Positions 27,448-39,860 of a stretch of 64,000 bases of DNA are shown one piece after another (the stretch's first letter is position 1; every line of letters begins with the position of its first letter). The notes beneath the pieces were generated by a model. That model did not search any database and was not told the DNA's origin. It saw only the letters and a program-made list of their open reading frames with translations. Source of the DNA: Mustelus asterias (lineage: Eukaryota); the NCBI RefSeq assembly GCF_964213995.1, contig NW_027590128.1, positions 806,001 through 870,000 of the forward strand, in the 5' to 3' direction. The position numbers and the translations under genes are program-made.

Positions 27448-29631
27448 CATAGAACAGTACAGCACAGAACAGGCCCTTCGGCCCACGATGTTGTGCCGAG
27501 CTTTATCTAAACCAAGATCAAGCTATCCCACTCCCTATCATCCTGGTGTGCTCCATGTGCCTATCCAATAACCGCTTAAATGTTCCTAAAGTGTCTGACT
27601 CCACTATCACTGCAGGCAGCCCATTCCACACCCCAACCACTCTCTGCGTGAAGAACCTACCTCTGATATCCTTCCTGTATCTCCCACCACGAACCCTATA
27701 GTTATGCCCCCTTGTAATAGCTCTATCCACCCGAGGAAATAGTCTTTGAACGTTCGCTCTATCTATCCCCTTCATCATTTTATAAACCTCGATTAAGTCT
27801 CCCCTCAGCCTCCTCCGCTCCAGAGAGAACAGCCCTAGCTCCCTCAACCTTTCCTCATAAGACCTACCCTCCAAACCAGGCAGCATCCTGGTAAATCTCC
27901 TCTGCACTCCTTCCAGCGCTTCCACATCCTTCCTATAGTGAGGTGACCAGAACTGCACACAATATTCCAAATGTGGTCTCACCAAGGTCCTGTACAGTTG
28001 CAGCATAACCCCATGGCTCTTAAACTCCAACCCCCTGTTAATAAAAGCTAACACACTATAGGCCTTCTTCACAGCTCTATCCACTTGAGTGGCAACCTTC
28101 AGAGATCTGTGGATATGAACCCCAAGATCTCTCTGTTCCTCCACAGTCTTCAGAACCCTACCTTTGACCCTGTAATCCACATTTAAATTAGTCCTACCAA
28201 AATGAATCACCTCACATTTATCAGGGTTAAACTCCATTTGCCATTTTTCAGCCCAGCTTTGCATCCTATCTATGTCTCTTTGCAGCCTACAACAGCCCTC
28301 CACCTCATCCACTACTCCACCAATCTTGGTGTCATCAGCAAATTTACTGATCCACCCTTCAGCCCCCTCCTCTAAGTCATTAATAAAAATCACAAAGAGC
28401 AGAGGACCAAGCACTGATCCCTGCGGCACACCGCTCGCAACCTGCCTCCAATCCGAAAATTTTCCATCCACCACCACCCTCTGTCTTCGATCAGACAACC
28501 AGTTACCTATCCAATCGGCCAACTTTCCCTCTATCCCACACCTCACTTTCATCATAAGCCGACCATGGGGGACCTTATCAAACGCCTTACTAAAATCCAT
28601 GTATATGACATCAACTGCCCTACCTTCATCAACACACTTAGTTACCTCCTCAAAAAATTCAATCAAATTTGTGAGGCACGACTTGCCCTTCACGAATCCG
28701 TGCTGACTATCCCGGATTAATCCGCATCTTTCTAAATGGTCGTAAATCCCATCTCTAAGAACCTTTTTCATCAATTTACCAACCACCGAAGTAAGACTAA
28801 CCGGTCTATAATTACCAGGGTCATTTCTCTTCCCTTTCTTAAACAGAGGAACAACATTCGCCATTCTCCAGTCTTCTGGCACTATCCCCGTGGACAGCGA
28901 GGACCCAAAGATCAAAGCCAGAGGCTCTGCAATCTCATCCCTTGCCTCCCAAAGAATCCTAGGATATATTTCATCAGGCCCAGGGGACTTATCGACCTTC
29001 AGTTTATTCAAAACTGCCAGGACATCCTCCCTCAGAACATCTATTTCCTCCAGCCTATTAGCCTGTAACACCTTCTGTTCCTCAAAAACATGGCCCCTCT
29101 CCTTGGTGAACACTGAAGAAAAGTATTCATTCATCACCTCGCCTATCTCTACTGACTCCATACACAAGTTCCCACTACTGTACTTGACCGGCCCTAACCT
29201 CACCCTGGTCATTCTTTTATTCCTCACATAAGAGTAAAAAGCCTTGGGGTTTTCCTTGATCCGACCCACCAAGGACTTATCATGTCCCCTCCTAGCTCTC
29301 CTAAGCCCCTTTTTCAGCTCATTCCTTGCTAACTTGTAACCCTCAATCGAGCCATCTGAACCTTGTTTGCTCATCCCTACATAAGCTTCCCGCTTCCTTT
29401 TCACAAGACATTCCACCTCTTTCGTGAACCATGGTTCCCTCACTCGGCCATTTCCTCCCTGCCTGACAGGGACATACCTATCAAGGACACACAGTATTTG
29501 TTCCTTGAAAAAGTTCCACTTTTCATTAGTTCCTTTCTCTGACAGTTTCTGTTCCCAACTTATGCCCCCTAATTCTTGCCTAATCGCATCATAATTATCT
29601 CTCCCCCAATTGTAAACCTTGCCCTGCCGTA
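27448..29631 (-). mobile_element. Young 5'-truncated CR1 with uninterrupted 641-aa RT ORF (27518-29443)
   Basis: KSPGPD, NYRPVSLTS, YMDFSKAFDKV, SGVPQGSVLGP, FADD; intact C-terminus and 3' UTR; no endonuclease domain. Confidence 0.95.
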
Positions 29632-30189
29632 CAGTAATGCACTGTATTACCTGGTTAGAGAGACATGAAGAATGTGAGGAGGATTTTTATTGAGGCAGCG
29701 AGTGGTGACCTGGAAGTTAAAAATTGAACTCCAGAATGAGAAAAGAAATGGAAAGGGGGAGAAAAGAAAGTGTCGACCGATAATTGGTTCACATCAGTCA
29801 TTCAATGTTGAGACATCTTGAACAGGAGCCAATTCATTCCCTCCAGTCAAGGTTAACAAGTCCTTTCAGCTTTTTTTATTCTGTCAGCATGAGAAGGGAA
29901 CATCTTATAATTCCCACAGCATTTTAACCATTCTTAATGTGTTTACAATTCTAAACGTTATAAACTTGTGTTCAAATTTACATTTCCAGCCTTTATAACA
30001 TTTGTATTAATGAATCATTTATTATTTAATTGTCTCACAATTAATGCTGTCTATTTAACTAATCTGGCTGCTTTCCAATTGTGGGAACTTCAGGCCACAA
30101 AAAAGGTAGTTAGAGTCATAGAGGTTTACAGCATGGAAACAGGCCCTTCGGCTCAACTTGTCCATGCCGCCCAGTTTTAGTCCTAATTG

Positions 30190-30820
30190 CCCTGGAATAT
30201 TACTCATGATCTCTGCTTCCAACCATTTTGAATGTGCATCTACAACAAGCAAAAACATGTGATTCATGAAAGGCCCCCCAAGGGCCACATGTAGTCTGGA
30301 CCACGGCCGATCAGGCCACACCCAAGGATGAATTTGCAATGTACCCAGTGTGTTGGGGGGGGAATGAACTCAGAAGAATCATTCAACACTCAAACCTGAT
30401 TCAATCGACAAACAGTTTATTGAGTTACGCCAGCGGGGAGAAGCCACAGGGGCTGACCATGTGTAACTCCACCCAACACAGAATATCATCAATTCTTATC
30501 CAGTTACTCAGCCCATCCCGGCTGGACACAATCCAATCAGAATGGTGATAGATTACATACATTATATATAGGTGCAATCAAATTAGTACCTGGGCATCAT
30601 GGGGCTTTGTGAGCATCTCGTGAACAGATAGGTGCCCCCATCATGATGTTTTCCAGACCCCCTCATCTACCATCCTTGGGGTTTTCTTTGTACATAGACT
30701 CCCTCAGTTTGAAAAGGGGTGGATTAAAAGTTCTCAAATGGATGTCAGCACCCTTCCTTTGTTTTAATCTAATGACCACATGGTCTGGGAATCATTTCTA
30801 TTTAATAATCTCTCCTTTTC
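30190..30820 (-). mobile_element. Gypsy-like integrase relic
   Basis: IHPWVWPDRPWSRLHVALGGPFMNHMFLLVVDAHSKWLEAEIM resembles the rve integrase N-terminal core. Confidence 0.75.
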
Positions 30821-30889
30821 AACTTATAATTCTCACAGCATTTTAACCATTCTTATGTCAGCAATAAATCTTTGGACCTGACAGGAAGT

Positions 30890-31750
30890 TTAATCCAACA
30901 CAGGATTGGTCAGAATCATTTCACATGTCCCAAATTTTAAATAACCATTACAAATTAAAACTCTCATTCTCACATGTGTGAATTGTATCCGGATTAAAAT
31001 TCCTGCATGTTTAGTAAAATATCCTGGAATCATGTAAATATTGTTCCCACACTGAGAGCAGATAAACGGTCTCTCCCCAGTGTGAACTCGCTGGTGTCTC
31101 CGCAGGGTGGATAAATCAGTGAATCCCTTCCCACACTGAGAGCAGGTGAATGGTCTCTCTCCAGTGTGAACTCGCTGGTGCGTCTGGAGGCTGGATAAAT
31201 GAGTGAATCCCTTCTCACACTGAGAGCAGATGAACGGTCTCTCCCCAGTGTGAACTCGCTGGTGTGTCCGCAGGTTAGCTAACTGACTGAACCCCTTCTC
31301 ACACTGAGAGCAAATGAACGGTCTCTCCCCAGTGTGAACACGCTGGTGCGTCTGCAGGTTAGATAACTGACTGAACCCCTTCTCACACTGAGAGCAGGTG
31401 AATGGTCTCTCCCGAGTGTGAACTCGCTGGTGTGCCTGCAGGCTGGATAACTGACTGAATCCCTCCCCACACTGAGAGCAGGTGAAGGGCCTCTCTCCAG
31501 TGTGAACTCGCTGGTGGGTTTGCAGGCTGGATGATTGAGTGAATCCCTCCCCACATTGAGAGCAGGTGAACGGTCTCTCCCCAGTGTGAACTCGCTGGTG
31601 TGCCTGCAGCTGGGACAACCGAGTGAATCCCGCCCCACAGTGAGAGCAGGTGAATGGCCTCTCCCCAGTGTGGCTGCGCCGATGAGCTTCCAGCAGGGAT
31701 GGGTATCTGTATCTCTTCCCACAGTCGCCACATTTCCATGGTTTCTCCAT
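30890..31750 (-). CDS. Tandem C2H2 ZNF (ZNF-6), 8 fingers fused to a non-ZNF tail
   Basis: MEKPWKC at 31750 (upstream in-frame ATG at 31795); finger 9 breaks at about 31045 and the frame runs on for about 50 aa. Confidence 0.75.
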   Translation of the reverse strand: MEKPWKCGDCGKRYRYPSLLEAHRRSHTGERPFTCSHCGAGFTRLSQLQAHQRVHTGERPFTCSQCGEGFTQSSSLQTHQRVHTGERPFTCSQCGEGFSQLSSLQAHQRVHTRERPFTCSQCEKGFSQLSNLQTHQRVHTGERPFICSQCEKGFSQLANLRTHQRVHTGERPFICSQCEKGFTHLSSLQTHQRVHTGERPFTCSQCGKGFTDLSTLRRHQRVHTGERPFICSQCGNNIYMIPGYFTKHAGILIRIQFTHVRMRVLICNGYLKFGTCEMILTNPVLD

Positions 31751-32594
31751 GGTGCAGGTGTCCTTGCCTCTCTCTTCAGTTGAAGACTCGTCCATACACA
31801 GAACAGTCCCCCCACACCTCCCCCCCGCTGTGAATGGTGATATTTATTCAGGCTGTGTAACTGGTTCAAGCTCAGTGCACTGGAACACACTCACTCCAGT
31901 GTGGCAATGTGTTGGCGCTTTTCCAGTCACACTGATGTTTGAAATCTTTTCAAGTCACCAGACCGGACAACCATTTTTCCTCGATTCAAAGGCCGATGAT
32001 ATTCAGGTCCCAAGGAATATGACTCTGTCAGATCTAGATGTGACATTTGAGATTTCAGCCTGTGATTCCTCTTTCGATACCCTGTAAAATGAGTTTACAG
32101 AGGTCATCAGTGTCAGTGCAGGATAGAAATTTAGAACAGACAATTCAAGTTTCTATTGAACATTCCTTCCTCTCTGCAGACTCGAAACATTGGCTCTATT
32201 CTCTCTCTATCTGGGGGATAGCGTGGGAAATGATGCTGCGGTAGATCAGCCAATTCTCAATGAATGGTTGAGGCAGTTCGATGGGCTGAATGGCCAACTG
32301 CAGCTCCTGTTTCTTATGATTTCTGTGTCCAGGACAGGAAGCAGTGAGCATGGATCTGTCAATCAGCCTCAATCAGCACCTTCAGGAGAATTGGGAGGGT
32401 GAATATTAGATACAGCAGAGTGAGAATGGAGGGAGAGTGTGTGGGATGGAGATTTGCAGCTTTTGGGGAACGAGAGAGGAAAGAATGTTCATTAAAATAA
32501 TAGAATTCTTACATCTTATCAGCTGTCCCTGAGCCTTCACAATGAATCTCTCTTCTCAGGACACTCTTATCTCTGAGTTGTCTGTGCTGCTCGC

Positions 32595-32975
32595 AGTCTC
32601 ACAAAGCAGCTGCCTGTGTGTTGATACAAGGGGCCCTGCGAGGCAAGTTTAATGCTCCATGGCTGTGTGTTTACCATTCTTTCCCTTCATCTGAGCAGGA
32701 ATATACTTCTCCTGGACTCTTGATATCACACTTCTAAAAGCTTCGCATTAGCCAGTCATTCCTTTCTCTTCAAACAGACTCACATAATCAACATCTGCTA
32801 GATCCTGCCTAATGCCCACAACATTGGCCCTGCTCCAGTTTAGGGCCTTAACCTGTGGATCACTCCTATCTTTTTCCAGAACTATTTTAAAACTAATAGT
32901 GTTCTGGTCACTGGACACAAAGTGCTCTCCGACTGACACTTCAGTCACTTGCCCTACTTCATTTCTTAAGAGTCT
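32595..32975 (-). mobile_element. CR1 ORF2 endonuclease-region fragment
   Basis: NEVGQVTEVSVGEHFVSSDQNTISFKI...LNWSRAN resembles the APE C-terminal SDH region. Confidence 0.7.
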
Positions 32976-32999
32976 TATAGAAAGTGAGTCCAGCAATTA

Positions 33000-33450
33000 A
33001 AAATGAAAAATAAGGAGCTGGGAGATGAATGGAACAAGTATTTTGCCTCGGTGTTCACAATAGAGGATACAGTTAAAACTCAGAAACAGCTGGAAATCAG
33101 AAAACAGAAGTGTGGGATGAACTCTGAAAAAGCACAATTCCCAGGGAAGTGGTCCTCAGCAAACTGTTGGAGCTGTGGGCTGATGAGTCCTCGGGTCCTG
33201 CTGGGCTCCATTCTCGGGTCTTAACAGAGTGAGATCGTTGATGTGTTGTTTAATTTTCTAAAATTCCCCATCGGGAATTGGATAAATGGAATCAGTGGAT
33301 GTGCTGTACTTAGATTTCCAGAAGACATTTGATGAGGTGAAACATCAAAGATTATTGCAGTAAATAAAAATTCATGCTGTGGGGATAACATATTGGCGTG
33401 GATAGAAAATTGGCTAACAGCAAACAGTGGGCAGAAATGGATCATTTTCT
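33000..33450 (+). mobile_element. Decayed CR1 ORF2 fragment
   Basis: NKYFASVFTIED; AWIENWL; a D.QK.FD.V-like DNA relic. Confidence 0.65.
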
Positions 33451-33454
33451 GGTT

Positions 33455-33960
33455 TGAGAGAGAGAGAAACCTGGGCCAACCTTTCCAGAGTCTGCAGCCT
33501 CCCTGGATTCACTTCCTTTATCTTCAGTTACTGCAAGTCCCCAATTTCCCCCAGAATGAGAAAAGAAATGGAAAGGGGGAGAAAAGAAAGTGTTTTACTC
33601 ACAGATGTTTGAGACAGGAGGAGGTTTGAGTCTGTCTGAAGATCAATCTTCATTCACACAAAGCCCGCGTTCTGATTGGCTGGAGGACCAGAGTCCTTCC
33701 GGTCCTCCAAGTCTTCCCATTGGTCAACCCCTCAGCACCAAGGTCAGGGGGTGGGATCTCCGCCGCGCGGACCCGGGAGCCCCGCCCCCACCCATTGTTC
33801 CCCTCCCCTTGCACCTCCTCGAGCCAAGGTTTCCAGGCAACTGGCTGGCCGCTCCGGACAGAGCGAGAAGCCGCTCGGTGATCGCCCCCTTCCCCCGGCC
33901 TGCGCATGTCCAAGGGAGAGGGGAAGCTGCGCATGTGCGGGGGTGCTCCCGCTGACCTGC
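33455..33960 (-). promoter_or_regulatory. ZNF promoter module P4 (upstream of ZNF-6)
   Basis: CCAAT pair with GGAGGACC/GGTCCTCC dyad, two TGCGCATG; shares blocks with P2, P3, P5 and P6. Confidence 0.65.
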
Positions 33961-34124
33961 ATGCTGAAGGGTTCATCAATGAAATATTCCTTTAACTTTC
34001 TGGAAGCCGATTGTCTTCGAACATTCAAAAACCATTGAAACTGCCTTTTTACTCAGCACTTGCTAAAATACTGATTAAAAAACACAAAACTCACAGCTTG
34101 GACTCAAATACTACCCAGTGCAAG

Positions 34125-34620
34125 GAACTCGTCTACTTTCTCAGAAGACTAAGGAAATTTGGCATGTCAGCTGCGACTCTCACCAACTTTTACAGATGCC
34201 CCATATCACAGCTTGGTCTGGCTTCTGCTCTGCCCAAGACCGCAAGGAACTACCAAAGGTCGTGAATGTAGCCCAATCCCTCACGCAAACCAGCCTCCCA
34301 TCCATTGACTCTGTCTACACTTCCCGCTGCCTCGGCAAAGCAGCCAGCATAATTAAGGACCCCACGCACCCCGGACATTCTCTCTTCCACTTTCTTCCGT
34401 TGGGAAAAAGAAACAAAAGTCTGAGGTCACGTACCAACAGAACAGATTTTTCCCTGCTGCTGTCAGACTTTTGAATGGACTTCCCTTGCATTAAGTTGAT
34501 CTTTCTCTACACCCAAGCTATGACTGTAACACTACATTCTGCACTCTCTCATTTCCTTCTCTATGAATGGTATGTTTTGTCTGTTTAGCACACAAGAAAC
34601 AAAACTTTTCACTGTATGTT
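34125..34620 (+). mobile_element. L2/Rex-like LINE 3' fragment
   Basis: YFLRRLRKFGMSAATLTNFYRC...KAASIIKDPTHPGH; an inverted piece of the same family (34670-34789 and 38802-38935) is the PLE target. Confidence 0.7.
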
Positions 34621-34841
34621 ATCTTGGTTTTACACAATCTTGGTTTGCGTGATGGATTGGGCTACACTACGACCTTTTGTAGATCCTTGTGGTCTTGGGC
34701 AGAGCAGGAGCCATATCAAGCTGTGATACAACCAGAAAGAATGCTTTCTGTAAAAATTGGTCAGAGTCATATCTGAAATGCCACATTTCGAAGTCTCACA
34801 ACACCAGGTTAAAGTCCAACAGGTTTATTTGGTAGCAAATA

Positions 34842-34878
34842 CCATAAGCTTTCGGAGCACAGCTCCTTCGTCAGATGG
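34842..34878 (-). ncRNA. Hammerhead ribozyme motif in the inverted left pLTR
   Basis: Exact reverse complement of 38672-38708. Confidence 0.7.
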
Positions 34879-34994
34879 AGTGGATATCTGTTCTTCAACA
34901 GTGCACAGACACAGAAATCAAGTTGCAGAATACTAATTAGAATGCAAATCTCTACAGCCAGCCAGGTCTTAAAGGTACAGATAATGTGGGTGGA

Positions 34995-37900
34995 TAATGT
35001 TCTCAGCCGAGGGCTCAACTTTTGCCCCACTACCAAAATAGACCCCATCAGTCTCGCAGCAGACACAGAGGAATTCAGCAGGCGAATGAGGCTGCGGGAG
35101 TTCTTCCACAAACCCCAAGAGGTCAACACCGAACACAATGAGACAGCTAATGAACGGGATCAGCAGACAGAGAGACCAGCAGTGCTACCGAAGAGGAAAG
35201 AGTCGAATTGGACTCCTCCGGAAGGCCGCTGCCCTCGACTTGACATGTATGCCCAAGCTATCAGGAGGTGCGTCAACACCAAATTCATCAGCCGCACTCA
35301 CAAGACAGCACCGAACATCACCCAAGCACAACGCAACGCCATCCACGCTCTCAAGACCAACCGCAACATTGTCATCAAACCAGCAGACAAAGGAGGGGCC
35401 ATCGTCATACTGAACAGAACGGATTACTGCAAAGAAGTGTACCGACAACTGAACAACGAGAAACACTACAGACAGTTACCCACAGATCCGACCAAAGAAC
35501 ACACCCGTCAACTCAACACTCTGATCAAAACCTTTGATCCGGACCTTCAGAGCACCCTCCGTGCTCTCATCCCACGTACTCCACGCGTTGGAGATCTCTA
35601 CTGCCTTCCAAAAATACACAAGGCAAACACACCCGGCCGTCCCATCGTTTCAGGAAATGGAACCCTGTCCGAGAACCTCTCCGGCTATGTCGAGGGCATC
35701 TTGAAACCCATTGTACAAAGAACCCCCAGCTTTTGTCGCGACACTACGGACTTCCTACAGAAACTCAACACACATGGAGCAGTTGAACCAGGAGCACTCC
35801 TCGTCACAATGGATGTCTCGGCACTCTACACCAGCATCCCCCACGATGATGGCATTGCTGCAACGGCCTCAGTACTCAATGCCGTCAACTGCCAGTTTCC
35901 AGATGCAATTTTACAACTCATCTGTTTCATCCTGGACCTCAATATCTTCACCTTCAACAATCAGTTCTTCATCCAGACACACGGAACAGCCATGGGGACC
36001 AAATTCGCACCTCAATATGCCAACATCTTCATAAGAACATAAGAACATAAGAAATAGGAGCAGGAGTAGGCCATCTAGCCCCTCGAGCCTGCCCCGCCAT
36101 TCAATAAGATCATGGCTGATCTGACGTGGATCAGTACCACTTACCCGCCTGATCCCCATAACCCTTAATACCCTTACCGATCAGGAATCCATCCATCCGC
36201 GCTTTAAACATATTCAGCGAGGTAGCCTCCACCACCTCAGTGGGCAGAGAATTCCAGAGATTCACCACCCTCTGGGAGAAGAAGTTCCTCCTCAACTCTG
36301 TCTTAAACCAACCCCCCTTTATTTTGAGGCTGTGTCCTCTAGTTTTAACTTCCTTACTAAGTGGAAAGAATCTCTCCGCCTCCACCCTATCCAGCCCCCG
36401 CATTATCTTATAAGTCTCCATAAGATCCCCCCTCATCCTTCTAAACTCCAACGAGTACAAACCCAATCTCCTCAGCCTCTCCTCATAATCCAAACCCCTC
36501 ATCTCCGGTATCAACCTGGTGAACCTTCTCTGCACTCCCTCCAATGCCAATATATCCTTCCTCATATAAGGGGACCAATACTGCACACAGTATTCCAGCT
36601 GCGGCCTCACCAATGCCCTGTACAGGTGCATCAAGACATCCCTGCTTTTATATTCTATCCCCCTCGCAATATAGGCCAACATCCCATTTGCCTTCTTGAT
36701 CACCTGTTGTACCTGCAGACTGGGCTTTTGCGTCTCATGCACAAGGACCCCCAGGTCCCTTTGCACGGTAGCATGTTTTAATTTGTTTCCATTGAGATAG
36801 TAATCCCATTTGTTATTATTTCCTCCAAAGTGTATAACCTCGCATTTGTCAACGTTATACTCCATTTGCCATATCCTCGCCCACTCACTCAGCCTGTCCA
36901 AATCTCTCTGCAGATCTTCTCCGTCCTCCACACGATTCACTTTTCCACTTATCTTTGTGTCGTCTGCAAACTTCGTTACCCTACACTCCGTCCCCTCCTC
37001 CAGATCATCTATATAAATGGTAAACAGTTGCGGCCCGAGTACCGATCCCTGCGGCACGCCACTAGTTACCTTCCTCCAACCGGAAAAACACCCATTTATT
37101 CCGACTCTTTGCTTCCTGTCGGATAGCCAGTCCCCAATCCACTTTAACACACTACCCCCAACTCCGTGTGCCCTAATCTTCTTCAGCAGCCTTTTATGGG
37201 GCACCTTATCAAACGCCTTTTGGAAATCCAAAAACACCGCATCCACCGGTTCTCCTCCATCAACCGCCCTCGTCACATCTTCATAAAAATCCAACATGTT
37301 CGTCAAGCACGACTTTCATGCACAGGTTCGAACAAGACTTCTTCACCGCACAGGACCTTCAACTGATGCTATACACTAGATAAATCGATGACATTTTCTT
37401 CCTTTGGAGTCATGGTGAGCAATCACTGAAACAATTATATGATGACATCAACAAGTTCCATCCCACCATCAGACTCACCATGGACTACTCTCCGGAATCG
37501 GTTGCATTCTTGGACACACGCATCTCCATTAAGGACAGTCACCTCAGCACCTCACTGCACCGCAAGCCCACGGATAACCTCATGATGCTCCACTTCTCCA
37601 GCTTCCACCCTAAACACGTAAAAGAAGTCATCCCCTACGGACAAGCCCTCCGAATACACAGGATCTGCTCGGATGAGGAGGATCGCAACAGACACCTCCA
37701 GACACTGAAAGATGCCCTCATAAGAACAGGATATGGCGCTCGACTCATCGGTCAACAGTTCCGACGCGCCACAGCGAAAAACCGCACCGACCTCCTCAGA
37801 AGACAAACACGGGACACAGTGGACAGAGTACCCTTCGTCGTCCAGTACTTCCCCGGAGCGGAGAAGCTACGGCATCTCCTCCGGAGCCTTCAACATGTCA

Positions 37901-38463
37901 TTGATGAAGACGAACATCTCACCAAGGCCATCCCCACACCCCCACTTCTTGCCTTCAAACAACCACGCAACCTCAAACAGACCATTGTCCGCAGCAAACT
38001 ACCCAGCCTTCAGGAGAACAGTGACCACGACACCACACAACCCTGCCACAGCAACCTCTGCAAGACGTGCCGGATCATCGACACGGATGCCATCATCTCA
38101 CGTGAGAACACCATCTACCAGGTACACGGTACCTACTCTTGCAACTCGGCCAACGCTGTCTACCTGATACGCTGCAGGAAAGGATGTCCCAAGGCATGGT
38201 ACATTGGGGAAACCATGCAGACGCTACGACAACGGATGAATGAACACCGCTCGACAATCACCAGGCAAAACTGTTCTCTTCCTGTGGGGGAGCACTTCAG
38301 CAGTCACGGGCATTCAGCCTTGGATCTTCAGGTAAGCGTTCTCCAAGGCGGCCTTCACGACACACGACAGCGCAGAGTCGCTGAGCAGAAACTGATAGCC
38401 AAGTTCCGCACACATGAGGACGGCCTAAACCGGGATGTTGGATTTATGTCACATTATCAGTAA
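34995..38463 (+). pseudogene. PLE polyprotein, split by CR1 and with YIDD mutated to *IDD
   Basis: YANIF (36030) joins MHRFEQDF (37318); TAA at 37381-37383 precedes IDD, in frame with ORF 37480-38463. Confidence 0.88.
36033..37314 (-). mobile_element. Young CR1 inserted antisense into the PLE RT
   Basis: 391-aa RT ORF 36131-37306; (TTCTTATG)n tail; 5-bp TSD TTCAT (36028-36032, 37315-37319). Confidence 0.93.
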
Positions 38464-38671
38464 CCCCCACAACTTGCCTCCTGGGCTTGTAGAATCTCAC
38501 TAGCTGTTCTGTCTGGAGACAATACACATCTCTTTAACCTGTGTTGAATGCTCCCTCCACCCACATTATCTGTACCTTTAAGACCTGGCTGGCTGTAGAG
38601 ATTTGCATTCTAATTAGTATTCTGTAACTTGATTTCTGTGTCTGTGCACTGTTGGAGAACAGATATCCACT

Positions 38672-38708
38672 CCATCTGACGAAGGAGCTGTGCTCCGAAA
38701 GCTTATGG
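38672..38708 (+). ncRNA. Minimal hammerhead ribozyme motif in the right pLTR
   Basis: CCAT-CTGACGA-A-GGAGC-TGT-GCTCC-GAAA-GCTT-ATGG. Confidence 0.72.
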
Positions 38709-38933
38709 TATTTGCTACCAAATAAACCTGTTGGACTTTAACCTGGTGTTCTGAGACTTCTTACTGTGTTTACCCCAGTCCAACGCCGGCATCTCCACAT
38801 CATGCCACATTTCCTCAGTCTTCTGAGAAAGTAGAGGCATTTGTGGGCTTTCTTAACTATAGTGTCAGCATTGGGGGACCAGGACAGATTGTTGGTGATC
38901 TGGACACCTAAAAACTTGAAGGTCTTGACCCTT

Positions 38934-39860
38934 TCTAAATTTGCGGATGATACAAAGATATGTAGAGGGACGCGTAGTGTTGAGGAAGTCGGGAGGCTGC
39001 AGAATGACTTGGACAGGCTAGGCAAATGGGCAAAGAAGTGCCAGAAGGAATATAACGTGGGCAAGTGTGAGGTTATGCACTTTGGTCGGAAGAATAAAGG
39101 CATAGACTATTTTCCAAATGGTGAAAGGCTTCGGAAATCTCAAGCACAAAGGGACTTGGGAGTCCTGGTTCTGGACTCTCTTAAGGTTAACATGCAGGTT
39201 CAGTTGGCAGTTACGAAGGCAAATTCAATGCTAGCATTCATTTCTAGAGGGCTAGAATACAAGAGCAGGGATGTACTGCTGAGGGGGTATCAGGCTCTGG
39301 TCAGACCCCATTTGGAATATTGTGAGCAGTTTTGGGCCCCATCCTAAGGAAGGATGTGCTGGCCTTGGAGGGGGTCCAGAGGAGGTTCACAGGAATGATC
39401 CCAGGAATGAAGGGTTTGTCATTTGAGGAGCAGTTGAGGAGTCTGGGTCTATCGTCGATGGAGTTCAGAAGGATGAGGGGGGATCTAATTGAAACTTACA
39501 GAATACTGAGAGACCGAGATAGAATGGACGTGGAGAGGATGTTTCCACTGGTGGAACAGACTGGAACTCGAGGTCATAACCTCAGAGTGAAGGGACACTC
39601 CTTTAAAACTGAGATGAGGTGGAATTTCTTGAGAGGAGGGTGGCGAAAGTGAAACTCATTGCACAGAGGGCTGTGGAGGCCAGGTCATTAAGTGTCTTTA
39701 AGACAGAGATGGATAGGTTCTTGATCAATAAGGGGATCAAAGGTTACGGGGAGAAGGCAGGAGAATGGGGATGAGAATCATATCAGCCATGATTGCATGG
39801 CAAAGCAGACTCGATGGGCCAAATGGCCTAATTCTGCTCTGATATCTTATGGTCATATGG
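38934..39860 (+). mobile_element. CR1 3' fragment
   Basis: SKFADDTKI...LVRPHLEYCEQFWAP plus 3' UTR ending in a TATGG-repeat tail. Confidence 0.88.

Larger units (their letters stand above)
34790..38801 (+). mobile_element. Penelope-like retroelement (RT + GIY-YIG) with inverted terminal repeats and 12-bp TSD
   Basis: TSD ATGCCACATTTC (34778-34789, 38802-38813); 34790-34994 is the reverse complement of 38556-38760; RT motifs IKPADKG, LPKIHK, GRPIVS, MDVSALYT, GTAMG; endonuclease VYLI..C...WYIGET. Confidence 0.95.

Noticed and set aside
27518-29443. Domesticated reverse transcriptase gene
   Set aside because: Typical young 5'-truncated CR1 with its own 3' UTR; an intact frame is explained by recency
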